A DNA stretch of 64,000 bases, from NCBI RefSeq assembly GCF_006345805.1, contig NC_042998.1:135222001-135286000 (forward strand), read 5' to 3'. Both the position numbers and the translations under genes were made by a program. Each line of letters opens with the position of its first letter. Within the stretch, counting starts at the first letter, position 1. The notes under the pieces were generated by a model. It did no database searches and was not told the DNA's origin. It saw nothing but the letters and a program-made list of their open reading frames with translations. Of the stretch, positions 14,320 to 26,052 are shown piece by piece. This DNA comes from Octopus sinensis (Eukaryota).

Positions 14320-14575
14320 ACACCGCTGGTCACAATGCACTTCCTCCCAGTGTTGTTGTAGCTTTCGAATAATGCTACCTTACTGGCTAGGCGGCAGGCA
14401 AACGTTCCTCGTGAATGGAATATCAGTTCATCACAGGGCTTCCTATTTACAGCTGAATGGACTCGGGCAACGTGGAATGAAACGTTTTGCTCCAGAACAC
14501 TACGCACAGCCGGTCTGGGAATCGAAATCGCGATCTTGCGATCGCAACACCATAACCAGTTGGCTATATGCCTTC
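14320..14575 (-). mobile_element. Diverged tRNA-headed SINE
   Basis: Minus strand GCATATAGCCAACTGGTTA...GATTTCGATTCCCAGACCGG...; body related to 51784-52103. Confidence 0.6.
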
Positions 14576-14649
14576 ATACACACACACACATACTCACGCA
14601 TACACACACACTCAATACATATACACATAAACGTAATACTCTACTCTTT

Positions 14650-14785
14650 TCGCCGAAGTCGAATTTGCCTTTCATGCTGTCGGGGTCGATTAAAATAAGT
14701 AGCAGTGAAACACTAGGATCGATGTAATCGACTTACCCTCCCACCCCCGAACTTGCTGGCTTTGTGCCAAAATTTGAAACCAATG
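14650..14785 (+). mobile_element. SINE family B, 5'-truncated
   Basis: Core and tail similar to 6558-6771. Confidence 0.75.
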
Positions 14786-14799
14786 TTCAAGATGAAACC

Positions 14800-15540
14800 A
14801 AGCTAACGTAGAGAAGAGAAAAATTGTAGTATCAGGATATTTGGAGTGGAAAGTTCTAGAGATTCATGAGTACATTCTGCGGGCCTTATTGGCTTTACTA
14901 TTGAAGTGTGACTCCAACTTAGGTTGTTGTCCACTGTTACACTTAAGTCTATGGCTATGAGAAGCTCTTCTGGGGGAAGAGAGTACAATAGTTTAAGAAT
15001 ATTATCTTTTCCCAAAGGGAATGAACTTAAAACTTTCCCAGTCAGCCTACTGACTTCCACCTACCCATCAAAGTACAGCGTAAAGATTGGATTGGAGTTC
15101 TGTTCGGTTACAGAGTTATCCGCAAAGATTTATATTTCACTATGTCATTTATGTAAATAATAAACAGAAGTGACACCAAAACACTTTCCTGGGAGGCACC
15201 ACTAATGACTTTTGCTAGTCTTGCATAAATTCCGTCGTTCTCGACATGTTGGGTTCTGTTTGTCAAGAAACATTCAATCCACAACAATAGCTTACCATGG
15301 ACACCGAAGGATAATTTCTTCAATAGAGACCTATTGGTCGGCTCTGTTGAAAGCTTTACCGAAGTCGAGATAAATGGCATCTGTATTGTAGCCTCCTCCC
15401 AAAGCATTAAAAACGCCATCAAGGTAGTGAAGGAACTGTGTTAAGCAATCTCTGCCACCACAAAAACCAAGCTTGTTGAGATTAGAGTTGATTTTCCCCT
15501 AGAAATGCAGTTAATTTTAAATCTCACCATCCTGAGAGAT
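14800..15540 (-). mobile_element. CR1-clade LINE reverse transcriptase remnant
   Basis: DAIYLDFGKAF, FGVHGKLLLWIECFLTNRTQHV, SGASQESVLVSLLFIIYIND. Confidence 0.85.
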
Positions 15541-16152
15541 AGTGAGATCGGACGATATGCCACACTGGGACAAAAAAAGAAAAAAAATGTTCAAGAATAA
15601 AACCTGAGTCCAGCGAAATCCTCTAGAGATTAGCAAGAGGATATGTAAGTTGGTGTCTGCACTCCTTCAAGAAAATAGCGGAGAATCTGTCAGAACCCAC
15701 TACAGAACTGAGTTTAATTTTATAAGTCGCCGCAAATATGGCTGCAGAGCTGAAAGTCATGCGAGGAGTGTTACGTTTAAGGATTTACTTCAAAACTACC
15801 TACGTCAGCTGCATCCGGATCATATGGAGCAGTATTGCTTCTGTAGTATCTCAACTATATCTTTGGCTCCATTGTGAAGAATGTATTCATCGATGGATAA
15901 AAAAAAGTAACCCTATACATTTTTGTAAAGGAATCAGAATACTTTTGAAATGTGTCTAATGCTTTCACTTGTTCAATCTTCCTCAGTGGTCTTTTGGTTA
16001 TTAATAAGAGACTTCATTTAGTCCTGACGGTGTTGCTTTTCTGACTGTAGTGTAGTTATTGCCTTTGAGATGCAAATTTTTTTGTCGATTATCTTTACAT
16101 ACACACACACGCACACGCACACACACACACACACACACGCACGCACGCATGC

Positions 16153-16197
<45 letters not shown>

Positions 16198-16518
16198 ACA
16201 CACACACACACGCACGCGCGCGCACACAAAACGAATGCGTCTGGGTAAGAATAACATTTTTCTAATAGTCGTGACTTAAGTACCATATGCTACTATTATG
16301 TGGTTCACGACGGAAGTGAAATCTATAAGAGGAACCAGATCCGAACTCTTACACTCTTCTAGTATAATAAATGCCTTGTTTGTTGGAACACGTACTGTCC
16401 TCATCTAAAGATGAAATAAAAACCGGATCTGTGCTTGTTTTTCGACAGAAACGTTTGTGTGGCCAACAAAATTTAATGATTAGTTAGGTCTTAACTTTTT
16501 TCTCTGTCTGTCTGTCTG

Positions 16519-16566
<48 letters not shown>

Positions 16567-17087
16567 TCTCCCTTTCTCTTTCTCCCTCTCTCAAATCATT
16601 GTCTACTTCTTACCCTACCTGTACGTTATCTGTCGTTTCTCTTTCATTTCTTTCTCGCTGATTTTTCCCCCACCACCTCTTTCCCTCTCTCTTCTTCGAG
16701 ACCCCAGAGTCTATCTTATCTTGCTTGCCCCGTAGTTTAATAATAGAAATACTTCTGCGACTAGTTAACACTTTTCCATACATTTTCTCTGTTTGTCCCT
16801 CTTAATCGTTTTCCTGTCCGATGCATCGCATCTGACACTTAGGACATGTTTCGCTGGCGTCCAAACAACTTCTTTGATTTACATTTTCAATTTTTTCCAA
16901 CCACCAGAGAAACTTGTGACTTATGAAAAGAAAGCCTTACATCACTCAGAATATAGGAAACAAGGGCACATTTTAAAAAGTCTGAAAACAAGCATAGACG
17001 TCGAGGATGAACTTATGAAAATGCTTCGGACAAACTGTTAACTACTTGCATCGGTCTTCCTTACATCTTTCCTTCTTTTATCTTTAA

Positions 17088-17313
17088 TCTTTTACTTGTT
17101 TCAGTCATTTGTCTGCGGCCATGTTGGAGCACCGCCTTGAAGGGTTTTAGTTGAGCAAATCGACTCCAGGACTTATGCTTTTAAAGTCTAGTACTTATTC
17201 TAACCGTCACTTTTGCCAAACCGCAAAGTTACGGACACGTAAACACACCAATACCTGTTGTCAAGTGGTGGTGAGGGACAAACATACACGCACACACACA
17301 CACACACGCACGC

Positions 17314-17347
<34 letters not shown>

Positions 17348-17913
17348 CACACACACACACATACACACACACGACAGACTTCTTTCAGTCTCCGTCTTCC
17401 AAATTCACTCACATGGCTTTGGTCGGCCCGAAGCTATAGCAGAAGGTACTTGCCCAACCATGTGGTTGCAAAGCAAGCTTCTTATTTTCTTTACTGCTCA
17501 CAAGGGGCTACACACAGAGGGGACAAACAAGGACAGACAAACGAATTAAGGCGATTATATCGACCCCAGTGCATAACTGGTACTTAATTTATCGACCCCG
17601 AAAGGATGAAAGCAAAGTCGACCTCGGCGAAATTTGAACTTAGAACATATAGACAGACGAAATACCTATTTCTTTACTACCCACAAGGGGCTAAACACAG
17701 AGAGGACAAACAAGGACAGACAAACGGTTTAAGTCGATTACATCGACCCCAGTGCGTAACTGGTACTTAATCCGAAAGGATAAAAGGCAAAGTCGACCTC
17801 GGCGGAATTTGAACTCAGAACGTAACGGCAGACGAAATACCGCTAAACATTTCGCCCAACGTGCTAACGTTTCTGCCAGCTCGCCGCCTTACCACACAGC
17901 CGCGCTTGCGCCT
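17088..17913 (-). mobile_element. SINE family A interrupted in its head by two tandem family B SINEs (17484-17665 and 17666-17889)
   Basis: Family A head is split at AGCAAGCTTCTTA | CCACACAGCC, with two head-to-tail minus-strand family B copies between the halves. Confidence 0.85.
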
Positions 17914-18549
17914 GATTATCTTTTCATTCTCCCTCTCTCGCTCACTTCACTTTGCCAGAATAAATCAGTATATTTCCCGTTCTTTGTCGCTTAGTTTCTT
18001 TGTCTAACCGTAATCCTCAGTTAATTTTTTTTTCAGACAAACATACTTACACGCGCCAATCCTTTCTCTCTCCCCTCCCTTTTCCGTCTCCTCTTCTGTT
18101 TTCAACTTCTACCCCACGTGTCCCTCTTTCCCACTCCCCTCTCCCTAACATGTGCACTCCCTCGCTTTCTGACTCTTAGCCTCCCTACTACTAAGCCGAA
18201 TTTGGTATCCATTTTCTTGACAACAAATTTACTTTTCCCGCCAGAAGTATATGACGTCAGAGGTCATCCCCTCGGGGATAAAATGACTGAGTGATGTCTG
18301 CTTTGTTGCTCCAGACTAAATTCAGCTTCCTACTAGGATCAGGAAGTAAATCCATGTTAGACGCACAAACAAATAGCTGACTTGCTAGATATGTAGATAA
18401 ATAGATATAGAGAAAAGCAAGGCAGTGACAAACAGATCGGCAAATAGATTGAAAAGAGCAGCGAGAGAAAAAGAGAGAGGGGTGGGAAAGCAGAAACAAA
18501 GAGACATGGAAGGAAAGGAAAATGATAGGGAACATATGTAGAAACAAAT

Positions 18550-18785
18550 TGGTGGCGGTGGGGAACAGCCATGTTAGAAAGGATACAAGGGACTGTCAAA
18601 GTTAGTAAAACGACGGTCAAAATGTTTCGTTGTATGTGTTCTTGTTCTTTACGTTCTGAGTTCAAAATCACACCGAGGCCAACCTTGTTTTTCATCTTTT
18701 CGGGGTCGATAAAAAAAGTACCAATAATGCATTAGGGTGGGTATAATCGACTCCTCTCTCCACAAATTTCGAGTCTTGTGCTTTT
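18550..18785 (+). mobile_element. Diverged SINE family B (further diverged copy at about 19255-19420)
   Basis: GTTCTGAGTTCAAA...CTTTCGGGGTCGATAAAA core. Confidence 0.7.
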
Positions 18786-19869
18786 TTAAAACATAAAATA
18801 AATATGAGACAGACAAGTAGCAAACTATAGGAAATTGCTTTTAAGAAGGAAATAGTAAGAATACGACAGCTGCCCGACGCTTTAAATATTTCTTTCAATC
18901 CAAAGCAGCACCTAATTCACATACTTTGAGGGAAGGATACAGTCGATTACATTCGCCATCGTTAAGGCCTCTAGAAGAAGTTTTGTAAGGTGGAACAAGA
19001 CTGTTTTCAGACTCCCTAGGTAGTGGTGGTGGTGGTGGTGGTGTGTGTGTGTCGGGGAGGGGGGAGGCTAGTCTCAAAATTTAAACGAACTGTCAGGGTT
19101 TTTTTTTGTTTTTGAATGAAGCGAGACGGGTCCTATCAGATATTTATGGGGCCCTCTTTTGCTCCCTGGGCTTCGTAACGAGGTACGGCTCATAACACTC
19201 ATTGATTCGAGTATTAGTGATCACTTATTTTATCTACCTCAGAAAGGCACCAAACTGGCAAAATTACTAGAGCACCAGGAAAATGCTCGCATTTCTGAAT
19301 TCAATCCTGCTGAGATCAACTCTGCCTTTCATCCTTTTGGGGTCGATAAAATAAAGTACTAGTCAAATACTGGGGTCGATGTTATAGACAAATTGCCCTT
19401 ACTGAAATTTGTTGGACTTGTTGCCTGAATCAGACCCCAACGAGATTTAATTCAGAGTATAGCTAGGGGAAGGCGAGGGGACAGACCACCTCGGTCGACG
19501 CTTTTATGTATCTGCTGTATAAGCATGCATTCGATTGTTACTCTACCACATCAAAGAATCAAATACCTTCTTATAGGGGGAGTCCTATTCTCCCTGTTTA
19601 GTAAAAAAAACAAAAAAACTGCCATTTATTGTCAGAACCTGGCATTTACTTGTTTTCTTGGCCTGTTTTTGTTTTTGCCGCCTCTTGTTATTTCATATCA
19701 AAAGGATGTGGGAGTCTAATTAATGCAGCAAAGGTCATTCTGTTTTTATGTTGGTATTAGTATAGTACATAATTATATGCTTTGCTTTTCCACGTGGGTG
19801 TACCTCGTTACGAAGCCCAGGGAGCAAAAGAGGGCCCATAAATACAGACAGACACACACACACACACAT

Positions 19870-20040
19870 CTTTTATCTTTTACTTTTTTTCAGTTATTAG
19901 ACTGCGGCCATGCTGGGGCACTACTTTGAATGTTTAGTCGAATGAATCGACACCAGTACTTATTTTTAAAGCCTGGTACTCATTATATCGGTCTTTTTCG
20001 CCGAACCGCCAAGTTACGGGGACGTAAACACACCAACACA
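19870..20040 (-). mobile_element. SINE family A, 3' half
   Basis: Matches the tail of 9748-10213. Confidence 0.85.
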
Positions 20041-20287
20041 TGGAGTATGTGGAGCAAGAGTACACACGATAACGAAAAGTATCGCTGAAGAGGACACAAA
20101 CGTGTGATGAAAGATTTCCGGACAATGGACATGAGTTAAAATAATAAAATAAGAACAGTAATAAACGAGTGAAGAAAATGTATATAGTACGTGTGTTTAT
20201 TTGGCAAAAAAAAAAAAACCCAAAAAAACATAACCTTCCCGAAATACACACGATTTCACATCTTGCAAAAGGAATTGATAAATAAAG

Positions 20288-20376
<89 letters not shown>

Positions 20377-20382
<6 letters not shown>

Positions 20383-20692
20383 CGTAGTGGTTCGGCATGC
20401 AAGAAATGGCAACCAACTCCCTTCCAAATTATACGCTATTGTCTCAAATAAAAAAAAAGCATGCATTGTACAAAGTAGATTTTGATATATAAAAGGGGCG
20501 GAATGGTCATGGCTGGAACGCTTTTGACCTGTAGATCTGCGCAATCAGGGCTGACTTGTGGCTTGTTAAACAAAAATCAACTGAAGGTGGTGTCCCAACA
20601 TTGATCACAGTCAAATGATTGAAACTAGAGAAAGAATAAGTAATATATATATATATATATATTACTTATAATGCTTTTGATATGTTTATATA

Positions 20693-20727
<35 letters not shown>

Positions 20728-20732
20728 ATATA

Positions 20733-20771
<39 letters not shown>

Positions 20772-21075
20772 ATATCAAAAGCATTATAAGTAATATATAT
20801 ATATATATATTACTTTCTTTCTCTAGTTTCAATCATTTGACTGTGATCAATGTTGGGACACCACCTTCAGTTGATTTTTGTTTAACAAGCCACAAGTCAG
20901 CCCTGAATGCGCAGATCTACGGGTCAAAAGCGTTCCAGCCACGACCATTCCGCCCCTTTTATATATCAAAATCTACTTTGTACAATGCATGCTTTTTTTT
21001 TTATTTGAGACAATAGCGTATAATTTGGAAGGGAGTTGGTTGCCATTTCTTGCAGGCCGAACCACTACGTAGATA
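20377..21075. repeat. Large inverted duplication (arms about 310 bp) centred on a (TA)n tract
   Basis: 20377-20690 is the reverse complement of 20764-21075, with about 4 substitutions and small indels. Confidence 0.95.
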
Positions 21076-21519
21076 TTCCCTTACTTCGAGTATTTATTGG
21101 TGTGGTATATTAAGTTGGCAACAGGTAGAAATGTTAAATTTAGTATATGGGAATTACCTCAGAGCAATAAAAGAGTGGAATTTAATTCAAGAATGAGATC
21201 TGTTTGATATATATATATGTATGAGATAACTGCTTGGAAAGGTTACAAAGAATCATAAAATAACGATAACCCTTTTATGATCAACTTACGATCGCAGATA
21301 GAATTCAGACAAAGCAAAGAAACTAAACCGTTCATTGAAAGCTAAAAACAGCTACTGCGGTAGTCTGGTTTCGTAACTTTGTTTAAATTACACATTAAAA
21401 GCAGACGAAATGGTGGAACTAAAACTTCGAGAGAATTATTAGTGCTTAGCTCCAGTCTGGCCCTTCACTGGGGAGATGGGCTAGCAGAGTTCTTGGAGAT
21501 TTGGACGAAGTATCTGCGA

Positions 21520-21760
21520 TATGTCATGGCTGTGCGGTTAAGAAATTCACTTTGAAACCATGCAGTTTTGGATTCAGTCCCACCCACTGCTTGGTCTCTT
21601 CGGCAAGCGTCCTCCACTGTAGCCCCGGGCTATATATATATGACGGGCTTCCATACAGTTTCCACGTCTAGCACATTCATTGACAAGGCATTCGCCGGCC
21701 CGGGGCTATAATGGAGGATGCTTGCCGAAGAGAACGCGCAGTGGGTGGGACGTAACCACC
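21520..21760. mobile_element. Two partial family A SINE heads in opposite orientation meeting at a short (TA)n
   Basis: 21520-21630 on plus and 21640-21760 on minus both match the family A 5' half. Confidence 0.65.
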
Positions 21761-21769
21761 ACCTCTGGC

Positions 21770-22045
21770 GGCACCAACACCAGCAGCACCAGTTCCAACA
21801 TCAGCAGCAATATCATCAGCATCAACAATATCAACAGTATCAACAGTGGCAACAACAGCAACAACATCAACAGCAGCAGCAACAACAACATCGTCAGAAG
21901 CAGCAACAGCAGAAGCAGCAACGGCAGCAACATCGGCAGTCACAACTACACCAACAGCAACAACAGTCACAACTACAACAACCGCAACAGCAGCAACAAC
22001 AGTAGCAGCAGCAGCAGCAACAGCAACAACAGCAGCAGGGGCAAC
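21770..22045. repeat. (CAG/CAA)n trinucleotide low-complexity tract
   Basis: Seen directly. Confidence 0.9.
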
Positions 22046-22084
22046 AAGAACAATAATAGGTACACCAACGACAGCGCGTGTTCA

Positions 22085-22400
22085 CGGAAATATATTGGTT
22101 GTACCGAAAATTCATTCAAGAAACATTTTTCCAACCATGGATCCTCCTTCAGAGTCCCGGAAAGGAGATACATAACATCACTAGCCATCCATATTTGGCA
22201 ATTAAAAATCAGTAACATCGTCCTTGTATAGGACTGCCACATTATGTTGGCAAATAAATTAATATAATATAATATGAAATTAATTCAAATGCATTTCAAT
22301 TAATTTTTTCACAATCCATCCGACCTTTCACACGGAATTTCGTCTGTCTATACACCAAAGCTCTGAAGAGACTTATATAAGTGGATATGTATGTATCGTT
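22085..22400 (+). mobile_element. Penelope-like element remnant: GIY-YIG endonuclease fragment followed by a degenerate hammerhead
   Basis: KYIGCTENSFKKHFSNHGSSFR...TSLAIHIWQLK matches the PLE endonuclease. Downstream CTGAAGA-GACTT-ATAT-AAGTG-GATA starts at 22363. Confidence 0.8.
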
Positions 22401-22833
22401 TATAAATCAAACAATCGAGTTCCACACTCGATCTCGTAGAAAATCCTCGAATACCCAGGCCCCTACATTAACGGGATGAAATGCTGTAAGCTATGCAAGA
22501 GAATCCCAAGGGACTCACTTTAGCCAGGGGCTATGCTTCACTCCAGAACGGAGACTTTAGTGCCATGTCTGCATTTTAGATTTCTTCTAGCCTTTTGAGA
22601 ACCACCAGAAGTTGCTGTCGAACAAGAGCGGGAGGTAATCCCTTATTGTTTACCCTTATAACTGATCGATGGCAGCACAGCTGGAAGTCGACAGCCATTC
22701 CCCTTCATATTTTAAAGAAGTCATAGGCCAACAGGTCTTGGGATCTGAAGACACGCCATAAAGTTAAACCCTTTATGAACGGTAAATCCAGTGTAACCCC
22801 ATAAACCGGCCATCACCAGGAGTATATATATAT

Positions 22834-23749
22834 AGGATCTTGTCGGTTTGGCTGCCAACATCAATTCTGTTCGAATTGATTTCATATTCGGTGTAATGAT
22901 ACACTTTTATAAGCTGATTAATGACGTGAAAGTAATTTTCGCTATAAATCAATAAATGAAAAGTTAGTTATGAAAGTTTGAAAATTTTGGTCATTTCCGC
23001 CAATCGTAAGCCACAGACACATTCATGCCTGTTTCGATAGTAAGAAGCAGAGGATGAGAACACTTTTGTCTGTTGCCATACTAAGAGTCTTTGAAAAGTT
23101 TTTTATCTGTGAGGAAGAACGTGTTGACAATTTTGACGCTGTGTTCTGTGTGATTATGGCAGCAAGCTCCAGTAACTTCGCTTCTATTATGGAAACATTG
23201 AAAACAGAGGAGGATATTTTTAAAATTAAAACTGAAAGTTAGAAATACATTCAATCAAAAATATTTTGTAGTGTATTGCTTATTGCATGCTTAAATGTTT
23301 GCTTTAAAGCATATTTTCACTCTTAATTTCATATATAATATATAAACATGTACATCTTTAGGAACATTGTCATTTTATAAGATTTTGCAGGAAAATTTTT
23401 AAATCAACATAAACGTTTATTAACATGAAAGAAAGTTGCCGGAGATATAACACGTAGTGTTTACAAATATTGACAACACGTGCTATTTTCAGGATATTGA
23501 CGACAAAATGTGCAGTGACGCACAAAATGACATCTTCCAAATCTGGTTTCCTGACTGGGTGAAAATGATCAAATTTTAAACCTTTATAACTTTTTTAAAA
23601 ACATTTTTCTGGAAAAAAAATGAAATAACTCCAGCGATTCAGTTTAAAATTTGTTACAATAATACAAGTGTATTATTGTAACAAATTTTAGAATTTTCGT
23701 TAATTTTTAAATTTTGAAATAATGGCAGCAGCCAAACCGGTAAGATCCC
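22834..23749. mobile_element. Non-autonomous TIR DNA transposon, superfamily unassigned
   Basis: TIRs GGATCTTGTCGGTTTGGCTGC / GCAGCCAAACCGGTAAGATCC; sits between TA-rich microsatellites. Confidence 0.75.
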
Positions 23750-23852
23750 ATACATACGTACATACATACATACATACATACATACATACATACATACATA
23801 CATACATACATACATACGTACGTGTGTATGCACGTATGTAGGTATGTATGCG

Positions 23853-23925
<73 letters not shown>

Positions 23926-23926
<1 letters not shown>

Positions 23927-24110
23927 TGATAGATCGTTAGCCACTACACACATTTTTTCTCTCCTTGTTTTTTCTGTGTCCCTTTCTGTAGGAGAGCGTA
24001 GGCTCGAAACGTAAAAGACTTTTTCTATTCCTGAGCGTTATACTAATACATCTGTTTGTTTGTACACCACCTGCCTTCGTCTTTTGTTTTTTTCGTAAAC
24101 TTTCCCTATA
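23926..24110 (+). mobile_element. Hammerhead-bearing mini-element of about 185 bp embedded in (TA)n
   Basis: Highly similar to 46013-46210; contains an HHR-like fold at 23982-24017. Confidence 0.8.
23982..24017 (+). ncRNA. Minimal type I hammerhead-like motif with variant core
   Basis: CTTT-CTGTAGG-A-GAGC(GTAG)GCTC-GAAA-CG-TA-AAAG. Confidence 0.6.
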
Positions 24111-24498
24111 TATATATATACGTACGTGTGCGTGTGTGTGTGTTTACGTTTGTCCCTTATCTGAGAAATGGCATCGGTTTGTTTACATTCCCGAAACATA
24201 GCGGTTCAGTAAAAGAAACCGATAGGATACGAGAGTTAAATAAGTACTACAGTATATTATATAATTATATATTCACATAAGCCATTGTAGATATGGACAG
24301 AATTAAAATCGAAAGAGTTGACCAAAGATAATTCGGATACAATCTAGATGTCTTGGACTACTCTATCCAGTGATTTACCCTCTTCTTTTAAGACTGTAAG
24401 TTGTAATATCAGATAAATTTAGCTGCTTTTTCTAGTCAGTCTAATGACCACGCACAAACTTTCTTTGTACGTTCGTAGCCGACATATATCTTGCAATA

Positions 24499-24730
24499 AG
24501 GCGGCGAGCTGGCAGAAACGTTAGCACGCCGGGCGAAATGCGTAGCCGTATTTCGTCTGCCGTTACGTTCTGAGTTCAAATTCGCCGAGGTCGACTTTGC
24601 CTTTCATCCTTTCGGGGTCGATAAATTAAGTACCAGTTACGCACTGGGGTCTATGTAATCGACTTAATCCGTTTGTTTGTCCTTGTTTGTCCTCTCTGTG
24701 TTTAGCCCCTTGTGGGTAGTAAAGAAATAG
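24499..24730 (+). mobile_element. SINE family B, full length, young subfamily (tail ...TTTAGCCCCTTGTGGGTAGTAAAGAAATA)
   Basis: Near-identical to the reverse complement of 17666-17889 and to 35165-35367. Confidence 0.92.
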
Positions 24731-25796
24731 ATATATATCTTGCATTCAATTCCACTCATTTATTGCTTTGAGGTATTGCTTTTGAAGTATATTGTGTGGT
24801 CAGATACATTTGTTCATTCTCCCCCACTCCCCGTTATTTTTAATCCTTTCCAGTGATATTTGAATGAACACGAAAAATATTTTTATCGTAGTTGTTTTAT
24901 GATTTTTATAGCTCTATTTTCCCTCTACAACTTTTGTTTATCGTTTTTGAAACTTGAATAAATTTTTATCTCTTTTCAGGCATATGCTGACGCGTACCAA
25001 GCAGAGAAAAATCTCCCCGCCAAAAAAAAAAAACAAAGCAAAAACGAACGAATTTATCTGACAACCTAATACTACATAAAGATTCTGGTAGCTGCAATTC
25101 TAGATTATTCTGATCTCTAATGAAGAAAACATATCTTCGAATATAAAATAGAATGTCTCAGCGTGGCCACCGCCAAATAGTTGGAACTTTTAAAATAATA
25201 AAACTTATTCATTTTAAAAAGAAAATAATAATTTATTGTAGGGTCAATGTAATTATTGTGTGTGTGTGTGTGTGTGTGTGTGTCTGTGTGTGGAGCAGTT
25301 TCTTGTTTATCTTTGCAGCATACGGTGTCAAATACCATCTGCCTAGTATGTTTCTCTCTAATTTCTACCTTCCAGCACCCATCGTATTTTTGGGTTGCTT
25401 TTTTTCCCGCTCACGAGTTCTCTATATGCTCCTGTCAAACTGCTTGCTATAATATTTGGTTACTACCGTTTACATTTATTATCCTTTCTTTCAGCCACTG
25501 CTACCAACTACCATAGACTTCTTTTTTTTTTTTTAAATCTTCCTGTTCCCTTCATGCCATTCCATATTCAGTTCACCTCCCACCTTCACTCACTCAAATT
25601 TCTTCCATTTGAAGAATTCTTTCTTTGTCTTGCTCCACTTTTATTGCTGTCAAATTACCTCCCCCTGTCTTCTCATTACTAATGTTTTAGACTTTATTTT
25701 TCCCATGTCCCTATCGTCACCTACTCTTACTATTTGCATTTCTTCTTTCTTTTCATTCAACTTCGTCTTTCATTTTTTCCCCCAGATTTCTTTCAA

Positions 25797-25846
<50 letters not shown>

Positions 25847-26013
25847 GCCTACCTTTCTGAGTGTCTGTCTGTCTGCATCTTTGCCTCTTTGTCTCTCTTA
25901 TATATATGACACGTAAAATTCTTTCAGTACATTAAGCGTCTTTCAACTTTCTCCATGGACATTAATATTTGATGCCTTTTTCCAATTCTTCATCATCGCA
26001 TACAGAGAGAGAG

Positions 26014-26052
<39 letters not shown>

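Noticed and set aside
21680-22045. PolyQ/N/S/A ORFs in several frames
   Set aside because: Trinucleotide low complexity; only the downstream GIY-YIG part has recognisable homology.
24960-25030. Splice-acceptor-like TTTTCAG followed by AYADAYQAEK
   Set aside because: Runs into poly-A with no donor or recognisable homology.
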